Shown: positions 1-8,613, counted from the first letter of the stretch. The stretch is DNA of 16,129 nt from Myxococcota bacterium (GCA_040386535.1 JAZKFH010000080.1:1-16129), one strand, 5' to 3'. A program made the numbers and translations. Notes: generated from the letters alone by a model not told the origin.

Positions 1-131
1 GGAGAACGCTCGGAAGGGGCTCGGAATTCCCCTGAAGTGATCAAACGTCAGGCCTCAGGGAGCCCGCCGGGCGGGGGGGCGAGCTGCCTCGACAGCCGAG
101 CCTCGCGCGGCTTAAGTGTTGGTGGCGCAAC

Positions 132-155
132 GGGCCTCCCCTCCGATGGAGGCCC
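132..155. other. GC-rich inverted repeat / hairpin (8-bp stem)
   Basis: GGGCCTCC (132-139) pairs with GGAGGCCC (148-155), 8-nt loop. No U-tract follows, so the function is unknown. Confidence 0.4.
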
Positions 156-170
156 CCGCCGCCCGAAATT

Positions 171-473
171 GGCAGACCTGGCAGACCTTGGCTGACCTAC
201 GAATTCGGGCAGGTCTGCCACAAACACCAGCCGCCTCCCTCCATAATTAGGCGCTGGCAGACCTGGCAGACCTCTCCCTGCCCTCCCTTATAAAAGCGCA
301 TGAATTTGCGCAGGTCGATACCCCGACCTCCTGAGCAAAAGTAGGAGATCTTCCTGAAGTCTCCAGTACAAGGTCTGCCAGGTCTGCCAAGCCGAGAAAG
401 AGCCCCTACACCGCCAGCCTTTGTGGCAGACCTCTGCATAACACGAGGTATGCCAAGGTCTGCCAGGTCTGCC
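171..473. repeat. Symmetric array of twelve 9-bp GGCAGACCT/AGGTCTGCC motifs; putative iteron-type replication origin
   Basis: Forward copies start at 171, 180, 190 (GGCTGACCT), 256, 265 and 425. Reverse copies start at 211, 371, 380, 446 (AGGTATGCC), 456 and 465. The centre is relatively AT-rich (TTATAAAA near 288-295). The origin role is inferred by analogy with direct and inverted iterons bound by P4-type primase-helicases. Confidence 0.8.
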
Positions 474-615
474 GTCCCACGGGCCTCCTCGAGCCCGTCG
501 TCTTGCGCAAATATCGGCCATAAGCAAGGAGGACAAGCGAGCATAGCTGGCGTTAAACCAGCGGGAGCCGCGGACGCATCGGTTTCCCTCCGAGCTGCCC
601 GGGGCGGAGGTGTTC

Positions 616-2883
616 ATGCCCGTGTCGTTCAACCCCCTCGCCCCGCCGGACGAGCGCTACTGGGTCGGCGAGCTTCGCGTCGGTCGCTTCGCCGAGCTCA
701 CGCGCCTCGTGCGTGAGGGCGCGGTACGCGCTGAGTTCGAGCGCGTTTGGTTCCGCTCGGCCGAGCGCGCTGCGGCCCGGTCCCTCGGGGAGAGCTGGGG
801 CTCCGAGCACGCCGACGAACACCTCCTGCTCCTCGGATGGTTCGCGGAGGAGAAGTCGTACCGGGCCATCGAGGCCGCCTGCCGCCGGGCACTCCCCGAT
901 CCGGTTCGATCCGCGTGCCTCCTCGGCGCCCAGCGGCGGCTCGGGGCCCTCGCCGGCCTCCTCCAGCACGCGCCCGCGGCGCTAGCCGACGTCTACTACT
1001 GGGACGCTTGGCTGCCCCGAAGTCGCGCCGCGATGAAGATGCAGGGCCATCAGCGCCGGCTGCCGCGCCCGCTCGCCGAGGCCGATTGGGACGCGCTCGC
1101 CGAGGAGGGGCTCCAGCGCGCCCGGCTTCCCCCCTCCGCGGTTGACGGGCTGCACTACGAGCGGGCGCTCATCCGCGACTGGCTCGACGACGTATTGCTC
1201 GTCTTCCGCCGGCACGGCACCGCGTCCGTCAACTGGGATCCGGCCGAGGACCGGGCGCGGGCGATGTTGAAGGAGGACTTGACCTTCCTTCGGTTCCACG
1301 CGCGCGGGGCCCGCGTGGACATCACGACCCGTGACCTGGACCGCGCCGTTCCGCTCGCGTCCGCGATCGGCACGCTCCTGTTCGGGGCCGAGGTCACCTA
1401 CAAGCATGCACGCGACCCGCTGAACCGCGAGCGACTCGATGCCTTCCTCGAACGGTTGCTCGACCCCGACGACCCCGCGTTCGAGTTGCACGAGATCGTG
1501 GGGACAACCGCGGCGCTGTCCGATCCGGCGCAGCTGATGATCACGCGTGCCGGCCCTGGTCGGGTGGAGGAGATCACGCAGGCCCAACGGCGCCAGTTCG
1601 GGTTTGCGCGCGACTCTCGGTACGTCGATCGCGTCAAGATCGCCTTCACAGACGATGGCGACCACTACCGCATGGCGCTCTTCTTCCCCGAGCCCGACGA
1701 CGAGGAGAAGGATCTCGCCCTCTCGCTCGCGGACACCAGCACCAACAAGGACACGATCGACCGTTTCCGGGCAAAAATGCTCAACGAACTCGGCGTGGAG
1801 ATCCACCCGAAGGTCGCGGAGGCCCGCCGGCGACGGCGAGCGGATGAGGGGCCTGGGCGCCCCCGACGCCTCGCGACCGAGGACTACGCGAACCTCCTGG
1901 CGGGCCGCCTCGACGCGCCCGCTGGCTGGCAGGTGGACGAGCTGAAGGCGCTCGCCCAGAGCGGACTGGTCGAGATCATCCAGGAGAGCGTCTTCCGCTG
2001 CGGGGACACGCGCGTACCCGCGATCTTCCGGCCCTCGGGGTCGCTCCACTGTCCAGCGGAAATCACGCTCCCCTTCGAGTCCGTGAGCACGGAGGACGGG
2101 TTTACCCAGGAGCCCGGCCTCCGGGTCGCCTGCGACAACGAGCACGAGTGGTCGCTCGATCGTGTCCGACCTGCCTGGTTCCGCCGGGTGCGCGTGCGGG
2201 TTCTCGTCCCGGCGGCGCTCGCCTGGCTCCGTGGTGAGCTCAGGAGCAGCCGATGGGAGGAGGACGAGCCCGCGGTGTTCAGCAAGGTCGTCAACGGGCG
2301 GGGGCGTAGCGTTCTCGTCGTGCTGGAAGCCGCTGCCCCGGAGTGGAGGTCGGTGGGGATCCCACGCTGCCGGTGGGTCGCGTTGGACCCGGCCACAGAC
2401 GCCGTGAGCTTCCCGACCATCACGCTCGCCGCGCTCCTCGCGGATGGCTTCGGCGCCATCGCGCGCGCATACGAGGAGGCCGCCGCGCCCGCGGAGGACG
2501 AGGCCGCCGAGGTGTGGGTGGAGCCCGACGACACCGGCGGGGTCAGGAGGGGAACTCGCACGGTCCTCGGCCCGCAAACGCGGCGCTTCCGGCTCCTCTT
2601 CGCTCTCCTCCAGGAGTGGGGCGTGCGGCACGGGTGGGCCACGCCCGCAACGCGGATGGAGCTCTCCGCGCTGGACCCGAGCGGGACGCTGACCCCGACC
2701 ACGATTGCACAGCATCTTCACGCGCTGGACCGCGAGGTCGGCAAAGGGGCTGCCGCCACCCTGATCGACAACCAAGGAAAGAACGGCCTTTGTCTGCGGG
2801 CCCCCGTTCGGGCCCGCGGCTTCAACCTCGAGGACGAGCTCGATCGATTGAAGGACCGTTCGCGCCCTCGCGCGGAAAAATAA
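616..2883 (+). CDS. Hypothetical multidomain protein (~755 aa) with possible Cys/His metal-binding segment and C-terminal winged-helix-like region
   Basis: Long ORF with strong GC3 bias. GGAGG (606-610) lies 5 nt before ATG 616. Contains FRCGD...LHCPAE...VACDNEHEW. The C-terminus (ATRMELSAL...TPTTIAQHLHALDREV...LIDNQGKNGLCL) resembles an OmpR-like wHTH. No family recognised. Confidence 0.85.
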   Translation: MPVSFNPLAPPDERYWVGELRVGRFAELTRLVREGAVRAEFERVWFRSAERAAARSLGESWGSEHADEHLLLLGWFAEEKSYRAIEAACRRALPDPVRSACLLGAQRRLGALAGLLQHAPAALADVYYWDAWLPRSRAAMKMQGHQRRLPRPLAEADWDALAEEGLQRARLPPSAVDGLHYERALIRDWLDDVLLVFRRHGTASVNWDPAEDRARAMLKEDLTFLRFHARGARVDITTRDLDRAVPLASAIGTLLFGAEVTYKHARDPLNRERLDAFLERLLDPDDPAFELHEIVGTTAALSDPAQLMITRAGPGRVEEITQAQRRQFGFARDSRYVDRVKIAFTDDGDHYRMALFFPEPDDEEKDLALSLADTSTNKDTIDRFRAKMLNELGVEIHPKVAEARRRRRADEGPGRPRRLATEDYANLLAGRLDAPAGWQVDELKALAQSGLVEIIQESVFRCGDTRVPAIFRPSGSLHCPAEITLPFESVSTEDGFTQEPGLRVACDNEHEWSLDRVRPAWFRRVRVRVLVPAALAWLRGELRSSRWEEDEPAVFSKVVNGRGRSVLVVLEAAAPEWRSVGIPRCRWVALDPATDAVSFPTITLAALLADGFGAIARAYEEAAAPAEDEAAEVWVEPDDTGGVRRGTRTVLGPQTRRFRLLFALLQEWGVRHGWATPATRMELSALDPSGTLTPTTIAQHLHALDREVGKGAAATLIDNQGKNGLCLRAPVRARGFNLEDELDRLKDRSRPRAEK

Positions 2884-2963
2884 GGTTCGTCCGTTGGCGA
2901 GGGGTCCGAGAGGGCCCACTCCGTACAAGTGAACGCGCTCCCGGGACGGGCGACCTTCCGCCC

Positions 2964-3259
2964 ATGCTCCGGTCTGAACCCCCTCCCGTCGACCCACCCG
3001 AGCCGCCGAGCGATCTCGCGGCCTACGCGGTCGAGGTGTTCCAGCCCCACCACGCCGAGCGCCTGACGCTCGGCGATGGGCAGGACTACGCGCGGACGTC
3101 GGCGACGTCCTCTCGCTTCTCCGCGAGTGGCGCTCCGACGCACGTGCCCACGAGGAGGACCCAACACCGGCACCCGATGTGGTGGCCCCTCCGGAGATGG
3201 GCTCCGGGAAGCCACCGCGCCGGCCTCGCGGCCGGAAGTTCCCTGCGGAGAACCCATGA
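2964..3259 (+). pseudogene. Small (~98 aa) hypothetical gene with an apparent 1-nt frameshift near 3092
   Basis: The frame from ATG 2964 reads MLRSEPPPVDPPEPPSDLAAYAVEVFQPHHAERLTLGDGQDYA. High-GC3 coding then continues in another frame from 3095 (DVGDVLSLLREWRSDARAHEEDP...FPAENP*). Its TGA (3257-3259) overlaps the next ATG (ATGA). Confidence 0.6.
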
Positions 3260-4047
3260 ATGACGCAACGGGCCTCGCCCTCATCTCCATGCTCGACGGG
3301 CGGCGCCTCGACTCCTTCCTCCTCGACGGCACACCGGTCTGGCGGTGTGCCCAAGTGGGCGACCTCCTCGACTACGCCAACCGGGGCCGGCGCCTCGCGA
3401 CGCTGATCACCAGCGAGTGGCAGAAGGAGTTCGTGGACGGCGGGCACTACGTGGTCCCGGACGGGGAGGCGCTGGCCGCGCTCCTCGACCCCCCCGGCGG
3501 GGAGCCCTCCGGCGCCGCGCGCACCTCCGGCCCGCTGTTCCTCACCCCCGCCGGGTTCCGCAAGGTCCTCTCGAAGACGCCCGGCCCCGTCAGCACGTCG
3601 CTTCGAGCGATCCTCGAAGAGGAGCTGCTCCCGCGGATCGCGCAGCACCCCGGCGTGGCGTCACGGCGGACGGGCGACATCGTCGTGGTCGTGAGCCACC
3701 CCCCGGGGCCCGGACGGCACCCGTTCGACCAGCTCCTCGAGCGCGCGTTCGAGTCGGGCTTCGTGCGCGCGGCGGTGCGCACGCTCCTGGGGATGGGCTC
3801 CAGGCCCACTACGGCGGAGGACTGCTGGCACTCGCTGCCCGAGATCGCCCGCTTCGCCGAGGTGTCCGAGGAGGCGGTTGGCATGGCGATCCGCCAGCTT
3901 GGCATCCGCGGGGCGGCCGCCTTCTCGCGGGCTACCGTGGGGGCGGCGCCCGACGGGAGCCCGGTACTCGCGTTCGTCTACAACGATGTCGGCGTGCGAA
4001 TGATCCTAGCGGCGCTCCGCGAGACCCCGACGGACGACGCGGCGTAG
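3256..4047 (+). CDS. Bro-N domain (phage antirepressor-like) DNA-binding protein, 263 aa
   Basis: LDGTPVWRCAQVGDLLDY...LFLTPAGFRKVLSKT...LRAILEEELLPRI follows the Bro-N pattern. GGAGA precedes ATG 3256. There is a C-terminal HTH-like segment (SLPEIARFAEVSEEAVGMAIRQLGI). Confidence 0.75.
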   Translation: MNDATGLALISMLDGRRLDSFLLDGTPVWRCAQVGDLLDYANRGRRLATLITSEWQKEFVDGGHYVVPDGEALAALLDPPGGEPSGAARTSGPLFLTPAGFRKVLSKTPGPVSTSLRAILEEELLPRIAQHPGVASRRTGDIVVVVSHPPGPGRHPFDQLLERAFESGFVRAAVRTLLGMGSRPTTAEDCWHSLPEIARFAEVSEEAVGMAIRQLGIRGAAAFSRATVGAAPDGSPVLAFVYNDVGVRMILAALRETPTDDAA

Positions 4048-6969
4048 ATGAACCCCGAAACGACATGGGCCGCGGAGCCCAGCCTTCGGGCGTTCCTCGA
4101 ATGGGTCCTCGATCGCCATGCCGCGATCGGGGGCCGCACCGAGATCCGTATCCTCGGCCGCGCAGCCGGCGTGTGGTCGGCGTTCGTAGGGCTGGACGAC
4201 GTCGACGCGCTCATCAACGCGCTCCGCCCGTTGGGGCCCACGCCTCGGACGACGATCCCGGCGGGCGAGCACCCGCGCATCGGCGAAGCAGGGATCTACT
4301 TCAGCCTGCAGGCGGTGGTGCCCGGTGCGGCGGGGCCGCCCGGCCTCCCGCTGCGCCGCGTGTCCCGCGCGACGAGGGACCGCGACATCCACGCGTACAC
4401 GCTCCTCGTCGTGGACATCGACCCCGAGCGCCGGCCCCGGGACCGCTCGGCCACGGACGAGGAGAAGGCCGAGGCGCTCGCCGTCGCGGCGAGGGTGTGC
4501 GCCTGGTTTCACGAGCTCGGTGTCCGGCCGATGCTGGCCGACAGCGGCAACGGGTACCACCTGCTGGTCCCGCTGGTGCCTGGGTTCGGCGACGAGGTGG
4601 CGCGGTACGCCCAGGACACCCGACAACTGCTGGCCCTGCTGGACGCGCGCTTCTCGACCCCCGGGGCCAAGGTGGACCGGTCCACCTTCAACCCGTCGCG
4701 CATCCTGAAGCTGTACGGGACCACAGCGGTGAAGGGCGCGAGCACGGCGGAATACCCGCACCGGCTGGCCTCCATCGAGCTGGAGACCATCCCGGAAGAC
4801 GTAGACCTGTTCGAGCGGCTCGCCTGCGCCGAGGTCGGGGCGGCGGCGACGCCGGCGCCAACGCCCCTTCCGGGACGGATCCCTGGACCGCCACCGGGGC
4901 CCCCGCGTCCTGGCACCCCAGGTCCTCTCCCTCCACCCGCCTGGGCCGAGTGGCGCAGGGCGGCTCTCCGCGCCTTGCCGCTCGGCGGCGTGTTCGGCGA
5001 GCTGCTCACGGGCAAGGTGTCGGGGGCCGGCTGGCTCCAATGCCGGGATCCCTGGTCCGAGAGCGGCGACCGCAACCCCTCGGCGGGGGTGGCCGACGGT
5101 ACGGGGGAGGCCGAACGCGGCACCTTCCACTCCTTCGTCCGGGGCGAATCGCTCTCAGTCTTCGACTACCTCATCGCCAGGGGGCAGGCGGTGGACTTCC
5201 GTGCCGCAGCGGCCCGGGTGGCCGAGCTCTCCGGCGTCTCGTTCCCCTCGCCGCCGTTGACGGGCGAGCTCGTGGCCACGTTCCAAGCTGCATGGAGCGC
5301 AGCCGAGGGAGCCGAGGCACGCGCGCTTGCGATGCGCACCGCGCTCCACGCCCTGATTGCGCTCCCCGCCATCGCGCGCGAGTCGGCGCTGGATGAGGTC
5401 CGGCAGATCGCCGGCCTGTCGGCTCGGATCTTCGGCGCGGCCGTGTCGGAAGCGCGCCGGGACGCACGAAGGCAGCGAAGCCAGGCGTCCGTGCCCGCGC
5501 CGGCCGGGCTGCCCGTCGTCGACTACGTGGAGAACCGCGACACGGTCGAGACGCTGTTCGACGCGCTCGTCGCCGCCGTCGCTCCTGCCAACCGATTCTT
5601 CCGCTTCGAGCGGGACCTCGTGTTCGTCCGACGGGGGTTCGGTCCGCGTCCGGTCGACGAGCGCACCCTGCCGGGCCTGCTCTCGGCGCTTGTGGAGATC
5701 CGCTACCTGTCCGCCACCGAAGAAGGCGTCACGTTCCAACGGTTCGACGTGTTGCCGGCCGACCTCTCACGGGCGTTCGTGCACTCCCCCCGTGTCGCGT
5801 CGAAGCTCCCCGTGCTGGCGATGTACACGCGGACCCCGACGTTCGACCGCCAGTGGAACTTCATCGGAAAGCCGGGCTTCCATGCGGCGAGCGGCATCTT
5901 CTACGACGGACCGGAGGTGGCCCCGACGGCTGGCGTCACGCGGGTGCTGGGGGTCGTCCAGGACTTCCCCTGGAAGGACGCGGTCGACATGGTCAACTTC
6001 ATCGGGGCGCTCCTCACCGCCCTCACGATGCCGCACTGGGGTCGAGGACACCCCTTCCTCGCCATCAACGGGAACCGGCCGGGCGTCGGCAAGAGCACCC
6101 TGGCGCGCGTGCTCGGTGTCATGGCCGAGGGGACCGAGCCGACCACCGTGTCCTTCAGCCCGAACGACGACGAGTTCGAGAAGCAGCTCGCCACCCGGAT
6201 CGAGGCGGGCGACAGGATCGTCCTCATCGACAACGCCAAGACGACCCGCCCCATCGAGAGCCCGGTGCTGGAGCGGTGCGTCACCGACACGCGCCTCAAC
6301 TTCCGCCGCCTCGGTGGCAACACCGCGATCGCCCGGCCCACGAACGACGTGCTGTTCATCGTCACGATGAACCTCACCCAGATGGGGGCCGACCTTCGAC
6401 GCCGGGCGCTGCCTCTGAACCTGGAAGTGGAGGGCGATGTCCGCCTCTTCCGGTACCGGACGGACGACCCGGTCGGCGAGGCGCTGGCGGCACGCCCCGC
6501 GGTCATCGCCGAGCTCGCCGGCATGGTCGACGCCTGGCTGCAAGGCGGGCAGGTCATCCCCGACGGAGCGGCCACCCACAGCACCAACCGGAGGTGGGCC
6601 GCGACCATGGACGCCATCCTGCGGGGCGTCGGCTTCGACGGCTTCCTCTCCAACTTCGCGGACTCCCAGCACGCCTTCGACGCCGACTACGACCTGCTCG
6701 TGGACGTGTGCGCGGCGCACCACGCCGACCCGCCCCGCACCGCGGGAGAGTGGGCAGCCGTGCTCCGGCCGGGCGTGCTGGCGGAGAAGCTGGCGGACAG
6801 CAGGGGGAACCCCCGGCCGACGCGGGCGCAGGCCACCATCGTGGGGCAGCTCTTCGGCGCGTACCTCGACGGGACGACGTTCCCTGTCGGGGACGACCGA
6901 TATCGCCTGCGGCGAGACGTGCCTCGGAAGGGCCATCCGCCGACGTACTCCTTCGGGCCCGCCGAATGA
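4048..6969 (+). CDS. Primase-polymerase (AEP superfamily) fused to a degenerate CHC2-like finger and a P-loop ATPase/helicase, 973 aa
   Basis: AEP motifs LVVDID, DSGNGYHLL and VDRSTFNPSRILKLYGT. Pro-rich linker. Walker A GNRPGVGKSTL, Walker B IVLIDN, and downstream IVTMN...DLRRR. The ATG directly follows the upstream TAG. Confidence 0.88.
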   Translation: MNPETTWAAEPSLRAFLEWVLDRHAAIGGRTEIRILGRAAGVWSAFVGLDDVDALINALRPLGPTPRTTIPAGEHPRIGEAGIYFSLQAVVPGAAGPPGLPLRRVSRATRDRDIHAYTLLVVDIDPERRPRDRSATDEEKAEALAVAARVCAWFHELGVRPMLADSGNGYHLLVPLVPGFGDEVARYAQDTRQLLALLDARFSTPGAKVDRSTFNPSRILKLYGTTAVKGASTAEYPHRLASIELETIPEDVDLFERLACAEVGAAATPAPTPLPGRIPGPPPGPPRPGTPGPLPPPAWAEWRRAALRALPLGGVFGELLTGKVSGAGWLQCRDPWSESGDRNPSAGVADGTGEAERGTFHSFVRGESLSVFDYLIARGQAVDFRAAAARVAELSGVSFPSPPLTGELVATFQAAWSAAEGAEARALAMRTALHALIALPAIARESALDEVRQIAGLSARIFGAAVSEARRDARRQRSQASVPAPAGLPVVDYVENRDTVETLFDALVAAVAPANRFFRFERDLVFVRRGFGPRPVDERTLPGLLSALVEIRYLSATEEGVTFQRFDVLPADLSRAFVHSPRVASKLPVLAMYTRTPTFDRQWNFIGKPGFHAASGIFYDGPEVAPTAGVTRVLGVVQDFPWKDAVDMVNFIGALLTALTMPHWGRGHPFLAINGNRPGVGKSTLARVLGVMAEGTEPTTVSFSPNDDEFEKQLATRIEAGDRIVLIDNAKTTRPIESPVLERCVTDTRLNFRRLGGNTAIARPTNDVLFIVTMNLTQMGADLRRRALPLNLEVEGDVRLFRYRTDDPVGEALAARPAVIAELAGMVDAWLQGGQVIPDGAATHSTNRRWAATMDAILRGVGFDGFLSNFADSQHAFDADYDLLVDVCAAHHADPPRTAGEWAAVLRPGVLAEKLADSRGNPRPTRAQATIVGQLFGAYLDGTTFPVGDDRYRLRRDVPRKGHPPTYSFGPAE

Positions 6970-7532
6970 ACGGCCCGGACCTCGCTGCTCTTGATCTGCG
7001 CTTGCGCCTGGGCGCCGACGCGCTGTTCACGCTCGACGAGGCGGCTCTCCTCCTTCCGGTTGCGCCAGAGCTCGGACGGAAGTGGCTCGAAGGCAACGTC
7101 CGGCAAACGCTGATCGCGGGCGTTGTGAGTGTGCGCTGGGCGGATGTGCTGCGCGCCGTTGAAGCCGGCGGGGCCGAAGACGGCAGCCGCAAAGGTGCAT
7201 CAGAGGTCTCAGTCGTCGATGCCTCGTCACAGTGGCTCTCGACCCAGGACGCCGCTGCGGTGCTCGGCGTCTCACGGGTCACGATCGACCGAGCAATCGC
7301 CAGGCTGCCCGCCAATCGCCGTCCGGCCCAGCTCCCGACACGCGGGAAGGGCGCGCGCGTCCGCTACGGCTGGGCCGGCGAGGACGTGCTCCGCGCGTGG
7401 TGGAAGGGCATCACGACAGAGCAGAAGGCGGCTCCCAGGGCCGCGACGAAGAGGAAAGTCGCGCCCTCGACGGAGGGCGTCGTCGACTGGAGCGTGGTCG
7501 CTCGTGAAGCGCAGAGCAAAGTGCGCCCGTGA
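6966..7532 (+). CDS. Excisionase-like protein with two HTH_17/MerR-type helix-turn-helix units, 188 aa
   Basis: ATGA overlap with the primase stop. Two units, LFTLDEAALLLPVAPELGRKWL and WLSTQDAAAVLGVSRVTIDRAI. This is the C-terminal part of track ORF 5853..7532. Confidence 0.75.
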   Translation: MNGPDLAALDLRLRLGADALFTLDEAALLLPVAPELGRKWLEGNVRQTLIAGVVSVRWADVLRAVEAGGAEDGSRKGASEVSVVDASSQWLSTQDAAAVLGVSRVTIDRAIARLPANRRPAQLPTRGKGARVRYGWAGEDVLRAWWKGITTEQKAAPRAATKRKVAPSTEGVVDWSVVAREAQSKVRP

Positions 7533-7617
7533 GTGTGCGGGTCGCCGCGGTGCGCAGCCCCCAGCATTCGCGCGCCACCCGGACGAGAAGAAATTGGCAA
7601 CGGTCCAGATTGAAGGT

Positions 7618-7663
7618 AAAAGGCGGAGAGCCCGGACGCCGGCTTGAGACGACGGAGCTCCGC
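7618..7663 (-). terminator. Putative intrinsic terminator for minus-strand cargo transcription
   Basis: GCGGAG (7623-7628) and CTCCGC (7658-7663) close an imperfect GC-rich hairpin, followed by CTTTT on the minus strand. Confidence 0.4.
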
Positions 7664-7700
7664 GTGCTTGGCCCTCGACAGATGGTCCATTGACCCACCC

Positions 7701-7785
7701 CTTCGTGGATGGAGTTCGAACTATCTGCTTCACGCCGACGGCGGAGATGCGAGTTCAGATGCAGGTTCTTGAGGGTGGGGTGTAG
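7701..7785 (+). repeat. Junction repeat copy 1 (att-like; encodes start-less peptide FVDGVRTICFTPTAEMRVQMQVLEGGV*)
   Basis: 72/85 nt identical to 13356-13440 with no gaps; the first 30 nt are identical. Contains the perfect palindrome AGTTCGAACT (7713-7722). Confidence 0.85.
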
Positions 7786-7839
7786 GAGCCCCCGTGCGCG
7801 CCGGCGAGTAGGGCCAGGTTCTCATTTGTCCACGGGTGT

Positions 7840-8587
7840 TGCAAGGTGTTCGGGGAGGCCGCGCCAAGCGCGTGCGTGCCGTAGCCACCGTGCCCGTCGA
7901 AGTGGAGGATGTGGAACTCCCCGGGGCGGGAGGACAGCACCTCCTGCAACCGCGCAAACGTCGGTAAGACGGTCACTTCTGCCGATACCTCCTTGCCCTG
8001 AATGGCCGCCACCAGCGGCCGCGCGATGGATCGGTAGCCGACGTCCGCCGGGTACGGTCGGGCGATCACCAGGAGGATGTTCACCCGGTCCTTCGGAAGG
8101 CCGTCGGACAGCGGCGGTGGATCGGCCAGCCGGCTCAGGCGCCGTTCGATCTGGCAGCCCAGCGCCCAGGATCGAGCTCTCCGCGTCCTCCAACGCTTCC
8201 CATGGCCACGCGAGGATCTGCGGGTCGTCACTGCGCACTTCCAGGCACAAACCGCCAAGCCCCTCGCGGACGGCGTCGCGGTAGTAGTCCCGGGCCCGCC
8301 CACCACTGAACAGCGCCTCGAATGCCTGGCGTCCCCACGCACGGAGCGCTCCCCGCACCCGCTTGGCCTGCTCCGTCCGCGGCGCGAACGGGTAGTCGAG
8401 GAACTTCTCCAGATACCAGGCAACTCCCCCATGAGTTCGCGTCCCGGGCTTCCCGCTACCTCGAAACGGCTCGGCGATGCCACCGATGCGGGTTCCGCGT
8501 CGCGCCCGTCCGCACCGCGGGTGACGACGAATTGCGGCGCGCCATCGGCGACGAGGTGCCGCACGATCAGCCGACGGGGCAGGCTCA
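7840..8587 (-). pseudogene. Truncated, frameshifted second copy of the 5' end of the CHAT-STAND-TPR gene
   Basis: Aligns with 12091-12845. Carries a 1-nt deletion near 8421, a 1-nt insertion near 8166 and a 6-nt deletion near 7965 (VLRPPTF to VLPTF). It ends shortly after HFDGHG and before the catalytic-Cys motif LNAC. Confidence 0.85.
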
Positions 8588-8613
8588 TGGATTCCACCAC
8601 CGACTCGATGAGG

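Larger units (their letters stand above)
171..7700 (+). mobile_element. Replication/regulation module of an integrative, satellite-like element (left end not seen; integrase absent from the window)
   Basis: Co-oriented, tightly coupled Bro-N, primase-helicase and excisionase-like HTH genes, plus an iteron-like array. The module ends at an att-like repeat at 7701. Confidence 0.6.

Noticed and set aside
171..473. 9-mer array as CRISPR, or short ORFs 197..544, 288..632 and 423..716 as genes
   Set aside because: The repeats are too short and occur in both orientations. The ORFs merely translate the repeat motif and lack coding bias.
7713..7722. GTTCGAA as the T-loop of a tRNA gene
   Set aside because: I could not build a cloverleaf (D-arm, anticodon arm, acceptor stem) on either strand at either copy. 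It may at most mimic a tRNA-derived att core.
7701..7830. Junction repeats as integron attC sites
   Set aside because: AAC...GTT boxes and weak pairing can be drawn, but identity extends ~18 nt past the would-be GTT crossover. The substitutions follow a codon pattern rather than compensatory pairing, and no intI is visible.
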